Positions 12,587 to 23,669 of a stretch of 64,000 nucleotides of DNA are shown here, piece by piece; within the stretch, counting starts at the first letter, position 1; each line of letters opens with the position of its first letter. A model generated the notes under the pieces. It searched no databases and had not been told where the DNA came from. It worked only from the letters and a program-made list of their open reading frames with translations. The translations under genes were made by a program, and so were the position numbers. The DNA is from Selaginella moellendorffii. Lineage: Eukaryota; Plantae; Lycopodiophyta. The DNA lies in contig NW_003314308.1 in assembly GCF_000143415.4 (NCBI RefSeq), positions 496,001-560,000 on the forward strand. Reading direction: 5' to 3'.

Positions 12587-13885
12587 ATGGACAAGTGTGT
12601 TGCGAGCGTGCTACTGGTGGTGGTGGAAAGTGTCCCACTGGACCAAGACCTGTGCGTCGCCCTCGGCAGGCTCTACGTCGCCCAAAAGGACTGGTTCCCG
12701 GACGACGAGGCCATCCTCGCCATCATCCAGAGCGCGCCACCACTGCACACTTTTGGTGAGTTCCACCAGCTTACGGGCCAGAAGTTCCATCGCCAGCTCG
12801 CCCGGAGGCTCGCGGATCACGGCCACATAGCGGAGGCCTTGAGCATGCTGGACGAGAGATGCGACGAGCCGACGTTCACGCAGACTCTCCTCCACTACCA
12901 CCCGTACTACCCTCTCTCGATTCTCGTTCGTTATCGTCACGTCGCCACCATGACAGCGCTGGGCTACCCGCGGGACTTCAGGCTCTTCGAGATCCCCCTT
13001 GAGCTTGCGTCATATACTACATGTCAATCGCTGGAGATGTGCAACGCTGTGAAGATGCTCTTCCGGCAAATGCTGGAGGAGCACCCGAGCAGGGCACTTG
13101 GTCGCAATGTGTATAAGGGTTTGGTCTGCTATTACACTTCCGATGACTTCAGCTTCTTCCACCTCGTCCTCGCCGAAGCAAAGGCGAAGAACGCCAACAT
13201 ACCGGTGCATGAGATTACACTACTTCGGCACTTCCAGCATGACCATGTTTACGGCTACGAGGCAAAAGTTGACGCGGTGCTAGATCTGCACCCCATACCC
13301 GAGGAGGCATACCAGAAGCTCTTCGAATTAACCCCGGATCTGAAAGATGCCCTCTCGCTGTTGAAGCGCGCCAAGCTCGCGGGCGTGCGCCTCGACCCCA
13401 GCGAAAAGGTGGCGGCCAGCGTCGCCCAGGATTCCCTTGATGTCTATGCCATGGATCTGCTCAAGGAATCGGGGCTTCTGAGCGACGCTGCCATAGCCGG
13501 ATTGGCAAACAGGGAGAATCGCCAGGCCATACTCAAGGTGGTGCTCAGGAACAAAAGGTGGTGCGCTTTCCCACAGAGTATCGAGGCCATGCTACGTGAG
13601 GGGCCAAAGATGTGGGCGTGGCTCTCGCGGGTCATGGTCAGCAAAAAGTCAAGTCAAGAGGTGGTCAAGCAGCTGCTGCAGCGGGGCCTCGTGGCCACTG
13701 CGCTGGAGCTCCTCAGTGGGAGGTGTGACGAGGGCACGTTTACCATGGTGCTGCTAGAGGCGGTAAAAATGCAGCAAAGTGAAACCATGGTAAAGAGGAT
13801 TCGTAAGAAACAGGCCATGATGAAGAGCTTGGGTTACAAATGTAAGCTCAGGTTGAAGAAAGGCAAATTTGAGCTCCAAGCGTGA
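12587..13885 (+). CDS. Unknown 432-aa intronless protein with degenerate PPR-like helical repeats, copy A
   Basis: Long ORF kept open in the duplicate; internal repeat GHIAEALSMLDERCDEPTFT / GLVATALELLSGRCDEGTFT. Confidence 0.75.
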   Translation: MDKCVASVLLVVVESVPLDQDLCVALGRLYVAQKDWFPDDEAILAIIQSAPPLHTFGEFHQLTGQKFHRQLARRLADHGHIAEALSMLDERCDEPTFTQTLLHYHPYYPLSILVRYRHVATMTALGYPRDFRLFEIPLELASYTTCQSLEMCNAVKMLFRQMLEEHPSRALGRNVYKGLVCYYTSDDFSFFHLVLAEAKAKNANIPVHEITLLRHFQHDHVYGYEAKVDAVLDLHPIPEEAYQKLFELTPDLKDALSLLKRAKLAGVRLDPSEKVAASVAQDSLDVYAMDLLKESGLLSDAAIAGLANRENRQAILKVVLRNKRWCAFPQSIEAMLREGPKMWAWLSRVMVSKKSSQEVVKQLLQRGLVATALELLSGRCDEGTFTMVLLEAVKMQQSETMVKRIRKKQAMMKSLGYKCKLRLKKGKFELQA

Positions 13886-14021
13886 TTTATCTCGTCACAG
13901 TTGCACATTAGAATTCAAAAGCATTGTCTACATTGTTTAGATTGTTTAACATTTTTATTAGCATTTATATGTGATACATGCTTTACAATAGAATATTAAA
14001 ATGCCCTAGAATATCAGAACC

Positions 14022-14471
14022 TTAAAGATCTTGGTTGGATAACCATTGCCGTGATTGATTGTCCTGCGGGATGTTGTCACTCAGTGGCACGGGTACATTG
14101 CAAAGGGTGGCATTGTGCTGCTCGTGTGCCCTGAGATTATACTTCTTGGGCACTATTTTATTCAGCAGCCGAGGTTTCTTCGATATCCCATCCAAAAGCT
14201 TGTAATCCTCCTCCTCCTCCAAGTTTTTCGCATAGCCCACCTCTGCTTCTCTTTTCTTCTTGGGAAGTTTCTCCACAAGAGGAAAACTTGACTTGCCCTG
14301 GATCTCCTCCCCTGTTGTTCTCCTTTCCTTGCCAGAATCTCCTGGAAGCGACTCGTAGAGCAACTTGGACACCACATCCATGAGATCCATCAAAGGTAGC
14401 CTCTCTGCCGATCGTCGCAGCTCGCTCAAGACTTGCTCCACTGGAACATACCCATCCTTGTGATTCGCCAT
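14022..14471 (-). pseudogene. YNLR-family orphan with frameshifted C-terminus
   Basis: Near-identical to 23131-23538, but a 2-nt loss near 14100 removes the QCH-stop end and there is a 9-nt in-frame deletion. Confidence 0.55.
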
Positions 14472-14601
14472 ATGTATGCTTTGAGGCCTTTGATGACCTC
14501 GCAATCCTTTTTATACCCCGGGGAAAAGGGTCGTACATCCTGGAATGTGCCCAAAAAGTTTCCTTTAGAAAAATAGGAAAACCTTTAAGTTTAAGTACCT
14601 T

Positions 14602-15380
14602 TCAAGTGATATCCTGCGACTTGGAGTGCCTGGAATACCAAAACCTGAGCCGGCTTTTCATCTTTGCAACCTCTGGTGCCGCATAGATGTTGGAGAGCAT
14701 CACGTACGACGACGACGTCTCCGGGTTCCTCTTCATGGCCTCCTGCGACACCCGCTTCCTGCGCTCCAAATCCCCATGCATCTGGCACGAGTTGAGTAGT
14801 GACAGCCATGGAACTCCACCCGCCTGTGGAAACCTCTTGAGAAACTCCTCGGCCTCCTCCAGCCTTCCCAGCCGGCCTAGCATATCCGTCATGCAGCTGA
14901 AGTGCTCGTCCTCCCACTCGATCCCCCTGTCCGTCTTGAGCGACACGAACTGCTTCCAGGCCTCGTCCAGCAGCCCTGCGTGTGCGCACGCGAACAGCAC
15001 TCCGGTGTAAGTCACACCGTTCGGCTCCACGCCGTCCAAGTTCATGAGCTCGTACAGCTCCAGCCCCTGCTTCCCCGTTTTGAGCATATGCCACGATCAT
15101 TGCGTTCCACGAGACCAGGTTGCTCAAGTCGGAGCCGTCGAAGATCTTCCGTGCTTCGTCCAGGCTCCCGCACTTGCCATACATGCTGACGAGTGCTGTG
15201 GAGACGAGCGCTCCGTTCTCCAGGCCGGCTCTCACTATCCTGTCGTGGATGGGCCTACCTTCCACTAGAGACTGCATGTCACAGCAAGCACCAACGATGG
15301 TAACGTATGATCTCGTCAGGCTCAACTCCGTCTTGCTCCATTCTCTGGTAGAGTCTGATGGCTTCGCTGTGCCCATGCTG
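14602..15380 (-). pseudogene. 5'-truncated, frameshifted duplicate of the PPR at 23670-26657
   Basis: High identity to 23670-24458; small indels break the frame; cut off at the duplication junction near 15382. Confidence 0.9.
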
Positions 15381-15385
15381 AATGG

Positions 15386-16571
15386 GTTGTGTTGCCAAGC
15401 TGATCATTGTCGTTATCCCATTGCTCGGTGCAACGTTGGTTGGCATATCACGTGTTGATGGATATTAGCACCATTGTCAATGTTAACAGCGGAGAGACGT
15501 GCATGAGGAAGAAGAACTTTCTGTGTATTCAACTGTAACATGTACATAGAATTACTGTACGTGGGCATAACTACATGCCACATCATCTCTACTTCTAACA
15601 CTCCCACTCACGATCAAGTGACTGATTAAAGCCTGAATCTAAGCTTGAATCGTGCCTAGCTAGTTTGAGATGATGAGCATGGAGAGTTGAAGAAAAAAAC
15701 ATATGAAAAAATCATCAATCAACTACCCAAAACTTGGTTTTTGGTCTTGGACTTGTTTGCACACTTTTTGCTCTTTGCTATGGCTTCAATCTTGCCATTA
15801 GCATGTAGTCTTGGCTGTGAATTGCCAGATTCCCACTTCTAAGGCACTTGAATCTCTATAAGCATCCTTTCCACTTGGAGGAAATGAAGCAAACAGGAAC
15901 AATTAGTTTTTGGATCTTGACCTAATTTTTCAATCTCCCATTGCCTTTGTGTTTTGCTTGTTGCTTGTTGCTGCTTAGTGCCTCTACATGGTTTGGTTGA
16001 TGCAATGCCTCAAGCATCCAATGCATCCCACAAAAGCTTCAAGCATTGCAAAAGGAATTGCAATCAAGAGGCTCATCCTCCTCCTCATCACTAGCCTCTT
16101 GCCCAGTAAGTGCCATGCCCAGGATCAAGGAGCCAATTGCTCCAATACCATGTTAGCAGCAGAGGGATGTGCACAAGGAAGAACTTTCTGTGTATCCAAC
16201 TGTAACATATACATGGAATTATTGCCACGTGGGCATAATTACATGCCACATCATCTCTACCTCTAACAAACAAGACGTGTTTGCTAGTGCTATCATTCTA
16301 CTTGGTTTTTTATTTTGTGCTTAATTCTATTTCATTCTACAGGCCTGACTATGGCACATATTTGCTACAGACAACACTTTCCTAGTGTGTACGATGAATA
16401 CAGTAAGTTCCGATTTCCAAATGTTTGCAAACGTAGATTCTTACCGTGGCATCTCCAGGCTTTTCTCCATATCCCGAGAGATGTGCTCCGGCCGACTGGC
16501 CACCACCACGAGCCAACAGTAGCGTTAGAGATCTAGAGAACGGGAGAGATGTGGAGATCTCCAGATTATAG
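15386..16571 (+). pseudogene. LPP 3' fragment (copy B) interrupted by a TRIM
   Basis: 15386-15480 and 16269-16571 match LPP 2048-2463; in-frame TAG in the DYWHH region. Confidence 0.88.
15481..16268 (-). mobile_element. TRIM (non-autonomous miniature LTR retrotransposon), about 790 bp
   Basis: About 120-bp direct LTRs at 15481-15600 and 16151-16268, each TGTTA...TAACA; PBS-like TGGTATTGGAGC (16150-16139); PPT GTGAGTGGGAG (15611-15601); degenerate 5-bp TSD GTCAA/AACAA versus GGCAA at the empty site in copy A. Confidence 0.88.
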
Positions 16572-16612
16572 CTGCGACTGTGATGGGTGTATACTCTGCT
16601 GGTATGCGTTTA

Positions 16613-16827
16613 GGTGTACGGGTTCATGGTGACATGCATGATGATAATGTGATGGTCAGAGGCATCAGCGAGAATGGCAAAGCTGATGTTCGTTTTCTCC
16701 ACTTCGATTGGGCTGCTCAAGAGCTGGATGGGGTTTATCCGCCTTTCCGATCCTGTTGGAGCTGGAGTCGTGATGCGGCAGGAGCACAATGTTGTGCTGC
16801 TATCACTCAGGAAGGATCAGCAGATCA
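16613..16827 (+). pseudogene. Kinase-like (HGD...FDW) fragment present only in copy B
   Basis: VHGDMHDDNVMV...VRFLHFDWAA...YP; absent at the equivalent site of copy A (about 2504). Confidence 0.5.
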
Positions 16828-17339
16828 AATTATCAACTTCTTTTTTTGAGCCCAAGCACTCTCGCTTGGTTGTAAAAGCAGTGACATGACATGCGCACTT
16901 TGCGTCACCTCAGAATTCTCTTCCTTGGGGTGGGGCTTACCGCTGCTGGATCAAAGATTCCAAATGCCACCAGAAGCGAAGTAAAAGCTTCTCCAACTTC
17001 TCCTGTAGCGCTTTCCTAAAGCAAAAGCTTTTATCCAGACAGGACTTTTTCAAACAAGATTCTGGTATATGGGCATATGCAGTGATCTAAGTTGTTTAAA
17101 AAGTTGATAATATGAACAAGAATTTATAGTCTGATTGCATTGCTTGATTCGTGGTTGTATCATTTTTCTATAATGCCCTGTTGTAGAATTTTCTTCAAAT
17201 AAAGCCTCACTATATACTTCAGAAAACAGGAGGATATAGAGACAATTGTTATTTTCTTCTCAGCTTAGATTCAAATAAGAATAGAATTCAATATTTATTT
17301 CAATATCAAAAGTAACCAAGTAACTTCATAAGCATCTCA

Positions 17340-18581
17340 TTATGATGATGCTAATTCACTAATGCTGATGGGAGAAACATCACCTGAAGTAGCACCAGTC
17401 CACCATCGATGAGCAGCCATACTATTAAATGCATCAGTTTGGTGAATACCATCCCAAAAGGCATACTTTGTTCTATCTTGACAAAGCCTAGCTCCAGAAT
17501 TGCAATTCAAAGTATGGGATCCTTGTGGACAACAAGCACTGGTTGAATCAATGAATCCTGTTTATTCCCAAAATATAAAGTGTTAGATTGGTTAATTAAA
17601 AATAAAGCTTACCATAAGATTGTGGATTGTTGTGAACATCTACCATTAATCCATAAAAATTAGTCATCACAAATTGAGCATCTTTATGAGAATTTCTTAA
17701 ATTCTCAAGAGCTGATTGTAGCATATTATTATATATTTGAGCTCCTTGCTGTGCAATAGATGCACATTGTCCTCCAACCACATTCAATGGAATGCATCCA
17801 ACGGCACTTAATCCAACTATAACAAACTTTCTAGCACCCAAATTATATAATGTCTGAAATCAAATAAAAATCATAAAATCAAAAATAAAATTGAAAATAA
17901 TAATAATCATATTTACCTGGAGTTCATTAACAAAAGTATTAATAATGGTTTGCTCATCAGATTGTGATATCCTCCTTGTTCTTTGATACATATTATTAAT
18001 ATCATTGTTTCCTGAGCAAATATAAAAAATAGATTTTGCAACAAGAGTAGATGCATTAGATGATCCAATCATTTGAACCATTTTTTGTTTCAAACTCCTA
18101 AATTCATCAATTTGACTTGCAAGAGCTTGTCCTCCTCCCTTTAAAATCACTAAATTATAAAGTCAAAATCAATAAAATTAATAATTTTTACCGTATGAGT
18201 TTGTGAAAGGATTCCAGAACCAGCAGAACCAAAATTTGCACCTTGAAGAATATTATTTCCAGCTTGGAAATAAGCTGGTGGTAATGGTAATCCCAAATGT
18301 AATGCTAAAAAAAAGAATTATAAAATAACATTCAATTATAAAAATAGCAAACACTTACCAATATATTCAACAAGCAAACGACCATTACAAAATCGACTTG
18401 CTTGACCTCCAGGAAAATCAATACCATAAGGATAACCAACATGAGCATTATCACCCGCATCTACTAGAGAATCCCCAAATGCAAATAAAGCTGGGACAGA
18501 TGAATTCATTTGCTGAGAAAACACCCTCAAACCAGAAAACATAGCAAACACAACAAAGAAAAGAAATGCAGAAGTTGCCAT
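17340..18581 (-). CDS. GDSL esterase/lipase, copy B, apparently intact, 5 exons
   Basis: FGDSLVDAG, SRFCNG, NFGSAGSG, GNND, FWDGIH; TAA at 17340. Confidence 0.88.
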
Positions 18582-18843
18582 GTTGCCAAGTGTAAAGACA
18601 ATATTTTGTAAGACGAACCCTTCAACTTTTATACCACAAAATGTTTTAATTTTAGCGATCTATTCCAAGTAAAGAGATATTATATACACGATTACATATT
18701 ATTAACAAAGTAGGCCCTTTATAAATTTGTTCTGCTGGTATGACGACTATTAACTTTTTAAAGCAAAAGTTTTTATCCTACGGTTAAAAACAAACACCTT
18801 TTTACGCAGCAGTATAAAAAAGGGTCGCACTCCTGTAACTCAA

Positions 18844-19262
18844 ATGGCGAATCGCTACGTTTCAGTGGAGCACGTCCTCGCGCTGCTGCAAAACTCCGCG
18901 GAGATCTACCCATCGGCGCCAAGGATTTGGAAACGCTCATGGACGTGGTGGCCAACATGCTCCCCAGCAAGAGCAAGGATTTTGTGGGAGCTCCAGCCAG
19001 CGTCGTCGAGAACAAGCGACTTGATGGCGGTGCTCAGAGCTTGAAGAGGAAGGCCTTGGACTTGGAGGACTTGGACAAGGACGATCACGCGCTGCTGGAA
19101 GAGGAAAGCGCTGAAAGCTTGAAGAGGAAGGCCTTGGAGGAGGAGGAGGCGAGCACCAAGTTCACAGAATCGAGAGCTTGCAAAAGGTATAACCTCAGGA
19201 AGAAGAACAAAAAGCAGCACACGAGCGTTTGCCAGGAGTTTTTCTTGTGCAAGTGCCACTGA
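18844..19262 (+). pseudogene. YNLR-family orphan, frameshifted duplicate of 4605-5033
   Basis: 1-nt deletion near 18905 (gagatctacc versus gagatgctacc). Confidence 0.65.
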
Positions 19263-19422
19263 GTAGATCTCGCAGTGTAAAGATATCTTGAATCGAGAGA
19301 AACTTGGAGAGTTTACCCCACGATCAAACAACTTTCGTCTTTCTTGTCAGCTCTGCAATTGGAAGATTTAGCGAAACAAAGTCTTAAAACCTTGTGCGAC
19401 TTTCCAGGAGAAACCTAAGCGC

Positions 19423-20360
19423 TTACTTTCTGTGACTGATGCTATAGAACTCGGCCAGGTAGTCGAGCGCCTCGGAGTTGTTCCTGCAAACTCTCCACAG
19501 CGCCTCCACTTCTCCCTCGGCCACAGTCCCCCACTCTCTGCACGTAGCCAGGAACTCCAGCAAGTAGTTTATCAGCAGGAACGGCACTGGGAAGCTGGAG
19601 CCGATCCGCCGCAGCTGGATCAAAGTCAGCATCTCGAAGATCTCGTCCATGCTTCCAACGCCGCCGGGCAAAGCCAGGAACGCGGTGCGATCGGGCGGAG
19701 CGTTACGTACTCCCGCATCAACGAGGCCGTGCTTTCGCGCCGAGAAGAATCTAATTGCAAGGATGGTATTCCCCTGCAGGTGAGATAAGTTCCCGAGACC
19801 ATGTAAGGAATCCAAGGATGGCTCAAAGTGTTCGTCCACACACACCGCCCTCGTTGTGGATTCTAAATACTCCCACCGGCTTCCCGGCCTCGAGAGCTCC
19901 TTTGGTGGCAGCGTCCATTAATCCTGGGCCAGCTCCACACCAGGACGTGCAGTCGAGCAGCAAAGCAACCTGGGAGGAACTCGAAGAACTTAGAATCTTG
20001 CCATGATCTTAGAAACCAGGTCTGACCTCGGCTGCCCAACACTCGCATCCCTGCTTTTCTCACCTCTCGCCCGAGCTTCATGGCTTGAAGGAAGTGAGGA
20101 TGGTCTGGCTTGGACACGGGCTCTGGAAGGCGAGATCTCGATGACAAATGCATCGCCCAAGTCGGGCAATCAGGCACTGTGCTGTTCGAAGAGCTCTCCA
20201 ACTTACATTCAAGAGTTTGAGAGCCGGAGCAGCGCAGACGAGGTAACTCTTCCAGAGCTCGAGCGAGAGAGCTTGACATTGCTTGTTTGTGCTGTTCCAG
20301 GTGGGAAGGGAGATCTTGAGCTGCTATGATCTCGTGCAGAAGCTTGGCTGTGGAGCCGTG
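19423..20360 (-). pseudogene. LOG-family pseudogene with an internal inversion
   Basis: Matches 5233-6240; deletions in an exon and an intron; exons 1-2 (about 20118-20360) are flipped to the + strand. Confidence 0.88.
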
Positions 20361-20737
20361 AATAATCCTCCTTGAAGAAAGAAGAGAACTCTCAAACTCG
20401 TCAAGAAACTCTGAAACCCGTCTATGAACAAATTGCTGGGTTAAAGACCACAAACTCTAAGCCAGCGCCCTCTTTAGTTCCCAGCAAGCAGCTGGAATTA
20501 TTCTCCAAGTCTCCAGGAAAAACTCATAAGGCGACTACAAAGCCAGGATCCGCCAATTTTGGGTTGTGTGTGAAGCTTGAGTTGTTGCGTTGAGGCTGGT
20601 CTGGAGAGGACACAGTTTGGTGAAGAAGTGTCGATTAAAGAATTTCGGACCACTTGAGCACTGAAAGTTTTGATGCGGGACATGGTGAGATGGTAGTTGG
20701 GAGGAGAGAGATGATTTTGCGACATTGATTTGATCAG

Positions 20738-20890
20738 GAGGGCCGACTGTGCTGCTGCTCCATGGCTTCCCCGAGACGTGGTATACATGGAGGTTCCAAC
20801 TCAAGGCGCTGGCGGACGCTAGATTCCACGCTGTTGCTCCAGAGTTGCGAGGCTTTGGGCTCACCGAGTGTCCCAAGAATTCATCCGGAA
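20738..20890 (+). pseudogene. Epoxide hydrolase fragment, copy B
   Basis: [36 protein letters not shown]. Confidence 0.75.
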
Positions 20891-21610
20891 GGAGCCCAAG
20901 AGATGAAATCTTATCACGACTAACTGCATTTTGGAGCTGGAACAAGCGGTGGAGGAGCTTGAGCAGCAGCAGGGTGATCTGCTGGATTGGTGCTCTGGAA
21001 GCGGGCAAAACGAATCCATCGCTATTCCATTGAGTATGGAATTTTGATAAAAAACTAAAAATTTTAATTGGATTTCTGGCTGTGGATTCGAACCTATGAC
21101 CATGCCAATATACTACTTTATTCTAGCCAGATATCCGGCCAACAAGTTCCCATCCAAACTAAACATTAACTGCTTCTTAATGTATCTGCTATTTTGACAT
21201 TAACGGCCTCTCTCAGATTCTACTGGTGATGAAGAGTCCACAAAGACAGTGGTCTGGCATGGACTGGTGCAAGGAATAATCACAATCCGCAGATTCAGTC
21301 TCTTTGGATTTGTTCTGGCAGATGTTGATTGTGATTTTTGTTGCAGCAAACTCTGTTTGCACCAACGCCGATGCGTTCTACCCAAGATCGCGTTAGGACT
21401 GGATTTCAGTTTCTTCCAGGAGCTGGTAAATAGCATGATGATTATCATAATCATTCTTTTGATTGTGTTCTTCAGGACTGGCATTGGAGTTTTTCCTGCC
21501 TCTTTAACTTTATCTATCTCTAACCAAAGTGGTCAGTTGCATAAAGGACTAAAGCTTCACTCGGTAAAATCTTCGTTTGACCTATTCTTCTAGGGCTGCA
21601 CAGATCGGCT

Positions 21611-22906
21611 ATGGACAAGTGTGTTGCGAGCGTGCTACTGGTGGTGGTGGAAAGTGTCCCACTGGACCAAGACCTGTGCGTCGCCCTCGGCAGGCTCTAC
21701 GTCGCCCAAAAGGACTGGTTCCCGGACGACGAGGCCATCCTCGCCATCATCCAGAGCGCGCCACCACTGCACACTTTTGGTGAGTTCCACCAGCTTACGG
21801 GCCAGAAGTTCCATCGCCAGCTCGCCCGGAGGCTCGCGGATCACGGCCACATAGCGGAGGTTTTGAGCATGCTGGACGAGAGATGCGACGAGCCGACGTT
21901 CACGCAGACTCTCCTCCACCACCCGTACTACGCTCTCTCGATTCTCGTTCGTTATCGTCACGTCGCCACCATGACAGCGCTGGGCTACCCGCGGGACTTC
22001 AGGCTCTTCGAGATCCCCCTTGAGATTGCGTCATATACTACATGTGAATCGCTGGAGGTGCGCAACGCTGTGAAGATGCTCTTCCGGCAAATGCTGGAGG
22101 AGCACCCGAGCAGGGCACTTGGTCGCAATGTGTATAAGGGTTTGGTCTGGTATTACACTTCCGATGACTTCAGCTTCTTGCACCTCGTCCTCGCCGAAGC
22201 GAAGGCAAAGAACGCCGACATACCGATGTACGAGATTACATTGCTTTTGCACTTCCAGCATGACCATGTTTACGACTACGAGGCAAAAGTTGACGCGGTG
22301 CTAGATCTGCACCCCATACCCGAGGAGGCATACCAGAAGCTCTTCGAATTAACCCCGGATCTGAAAGATGCCCTCTCGCTGTTGAAGCGCGCCAAGCTCG
22401 CGGGCGTGCGCCTCGACCCCAGCGCAAAGGTGGCGGCCAGCGTCGCCCAGGATTCGCTTGATGTCTATGCCATGGATCTGCTCGAGGAATCGGGGCTTCT
22501 GAGCGACGCTGCCATAGCCGGATTGGCAAACAGGGAGAATCGCCAGGCCATACTCAAGGTGGTGCTCAGGAACAAAAGGTGGTGCGCTTTCCCACAGAGT
22601 ATCGAGGCCATGCTACGTGAGGGCCCAAAGATGTGGGCGTGGCTCTCGCGGGTCATGGTCAGCAAAAAGTCAAGTCAAGAGGTGGTCAAGCAGCTGCTGC
22701 GGCGGGGCCTCGTGGCCACTGCGCTGGAGCTCCTCAGTGGGAGGTGTGACGAGGGCACGTTTACCATGGTGCTGCTAGAGGCGGTAAAAATGCAGCAAAG
22801 TGAAACCATGGTAAAGAGGATTCGTAAGAAACAGGCCATGATGAAGAGCTTGGGTTACAAATGTAAGCTCAGGTTGAAGAAAGGCAAGTTTGAGCTCCAA
22901 CCGTGA
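21611..22906 (+). CDS. Unknown 431-aa intronless PPR-like protein, copy B
   Basis: Near-identical to 12587-13885, one in-frame codon deletion, no stops. Confidence 0.75.
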   Translation: MDKCVASVLLVVVESVPLDQDLCVALGRLYVAQKDWFPDDEAILAIIQSAPPLHTFGEFHQLTGQKFHRQLARRLADHGHIAEVLSMLDERCDEPTFTQTLLHHPYYALSILVRYRHVATMTALGYPRDFRLFEIPLEIASYTTCESLEVRNAVKMLFRQMLEEHPSRALGRNVYKGLVWYYTSDDFSFLHLVLAEAKAKNADIPMYEITLLLHFQHDHVYDYEAKVDAVLDLHPIPEEAYQKLFELTPDLKDALSLLKRAKLAGVRLDPSAKVAASVAQDSLDVYAMDLLEESGLLSDAAIAGLANRENRQAILKVVLRNKRWCAFPQSIEAMLREGPKMWAWLSRVMVSKKSSQEVVKQLLRRGLVATALELLSGRCDEGTFTMVLLEAVKMQQSETMVKRIRKKQAMMKSLGYKCKLRLKKGKFELQP

Positions 22907-23130
22907 TTTATCTCGTCACAGTTGCAAGTATGACCACATTAGAATTTAAAACCATTGTCTACATTTGTTTAGATTGTTTAACATTTTTATTAGCCTTTAT
23001 ATGTGATAAGAAGGAATAGTCTACAATACAATGTGTTTTCTAGCCATGCTTTACAATAGAATATTAGAACCTTAAAGATCTTGGTTGGATAACCATTGCC
23101 GTGATTGATTGTCCTGCGGGATGTTGTCGC

Positions 23131-23538
23131 TCAGTGGCACTGGTACATAGAGCAAAGGGTGGCAGTGTGCTGCTCGTGTGCCCTGAGATTATACTTCTTG
23201 GGCACTATTTTATTCAGCAGCCGAGGTTTCTTCGATATCCCATCCAAAAGCTTGTAATCCTCCTCCTCCTCCAAGTTTTTCGCATCGCCCACCTCTGCTT
23301 CTCTTTTCTTCTTGGGAAGTTTCTCCACAAGAGGAAAACTTGACTTGCCCTGGATCTCCTCCCCTGTTGTTCTCCTTTCCTTGCCAGAATCTCCTGGAAG
23401 GGACTCGTAGAGCAACTTGGACACCACATCCATGAGATCCATCAAATCCCTGGTGCGGATGGGTAGCCTCTCTGCCGATCGTCGCAGCTCGCTCAAGACT
23501 TGCTCCACTGGAACATACCCATCCTTGTGATTCGCCAT
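23131..23538 (-). CDS. Small orphan protein (YNLR family), intact copy
   Basis: MANHKDGYVPVEQVL...DLMDVVSK...KKYNLR...QHTATLCSMYQCH; TATAAAAAGG about 40 bp upstream. Confidence 0.6.
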   Translation of the reverse strand: MANHKDGYVPVEQVLSELRRSAERLPIRTRDLMDLMDVVSKLLYESLPGDSGKERRTTGEEIQGKSSFPLVEKLPKKKREAEVGDAKNLEEEEDYKLLDGISKKPRLLNKIVPKKYNLRAHEQHTATLCSMYQCH

Positions 23539-23669
23539 AAGTATGCTTTGAGGCCTTTGATGACCTCGCAATCCTTTTTATACTCCGGGGGAAAAGGGTC
23601 GTACATCCTGGAATGTACCGAAAAAGTTTCCTTTAGAAAAATAGGAAAACCTTTAAGTTTAAGTACCTT

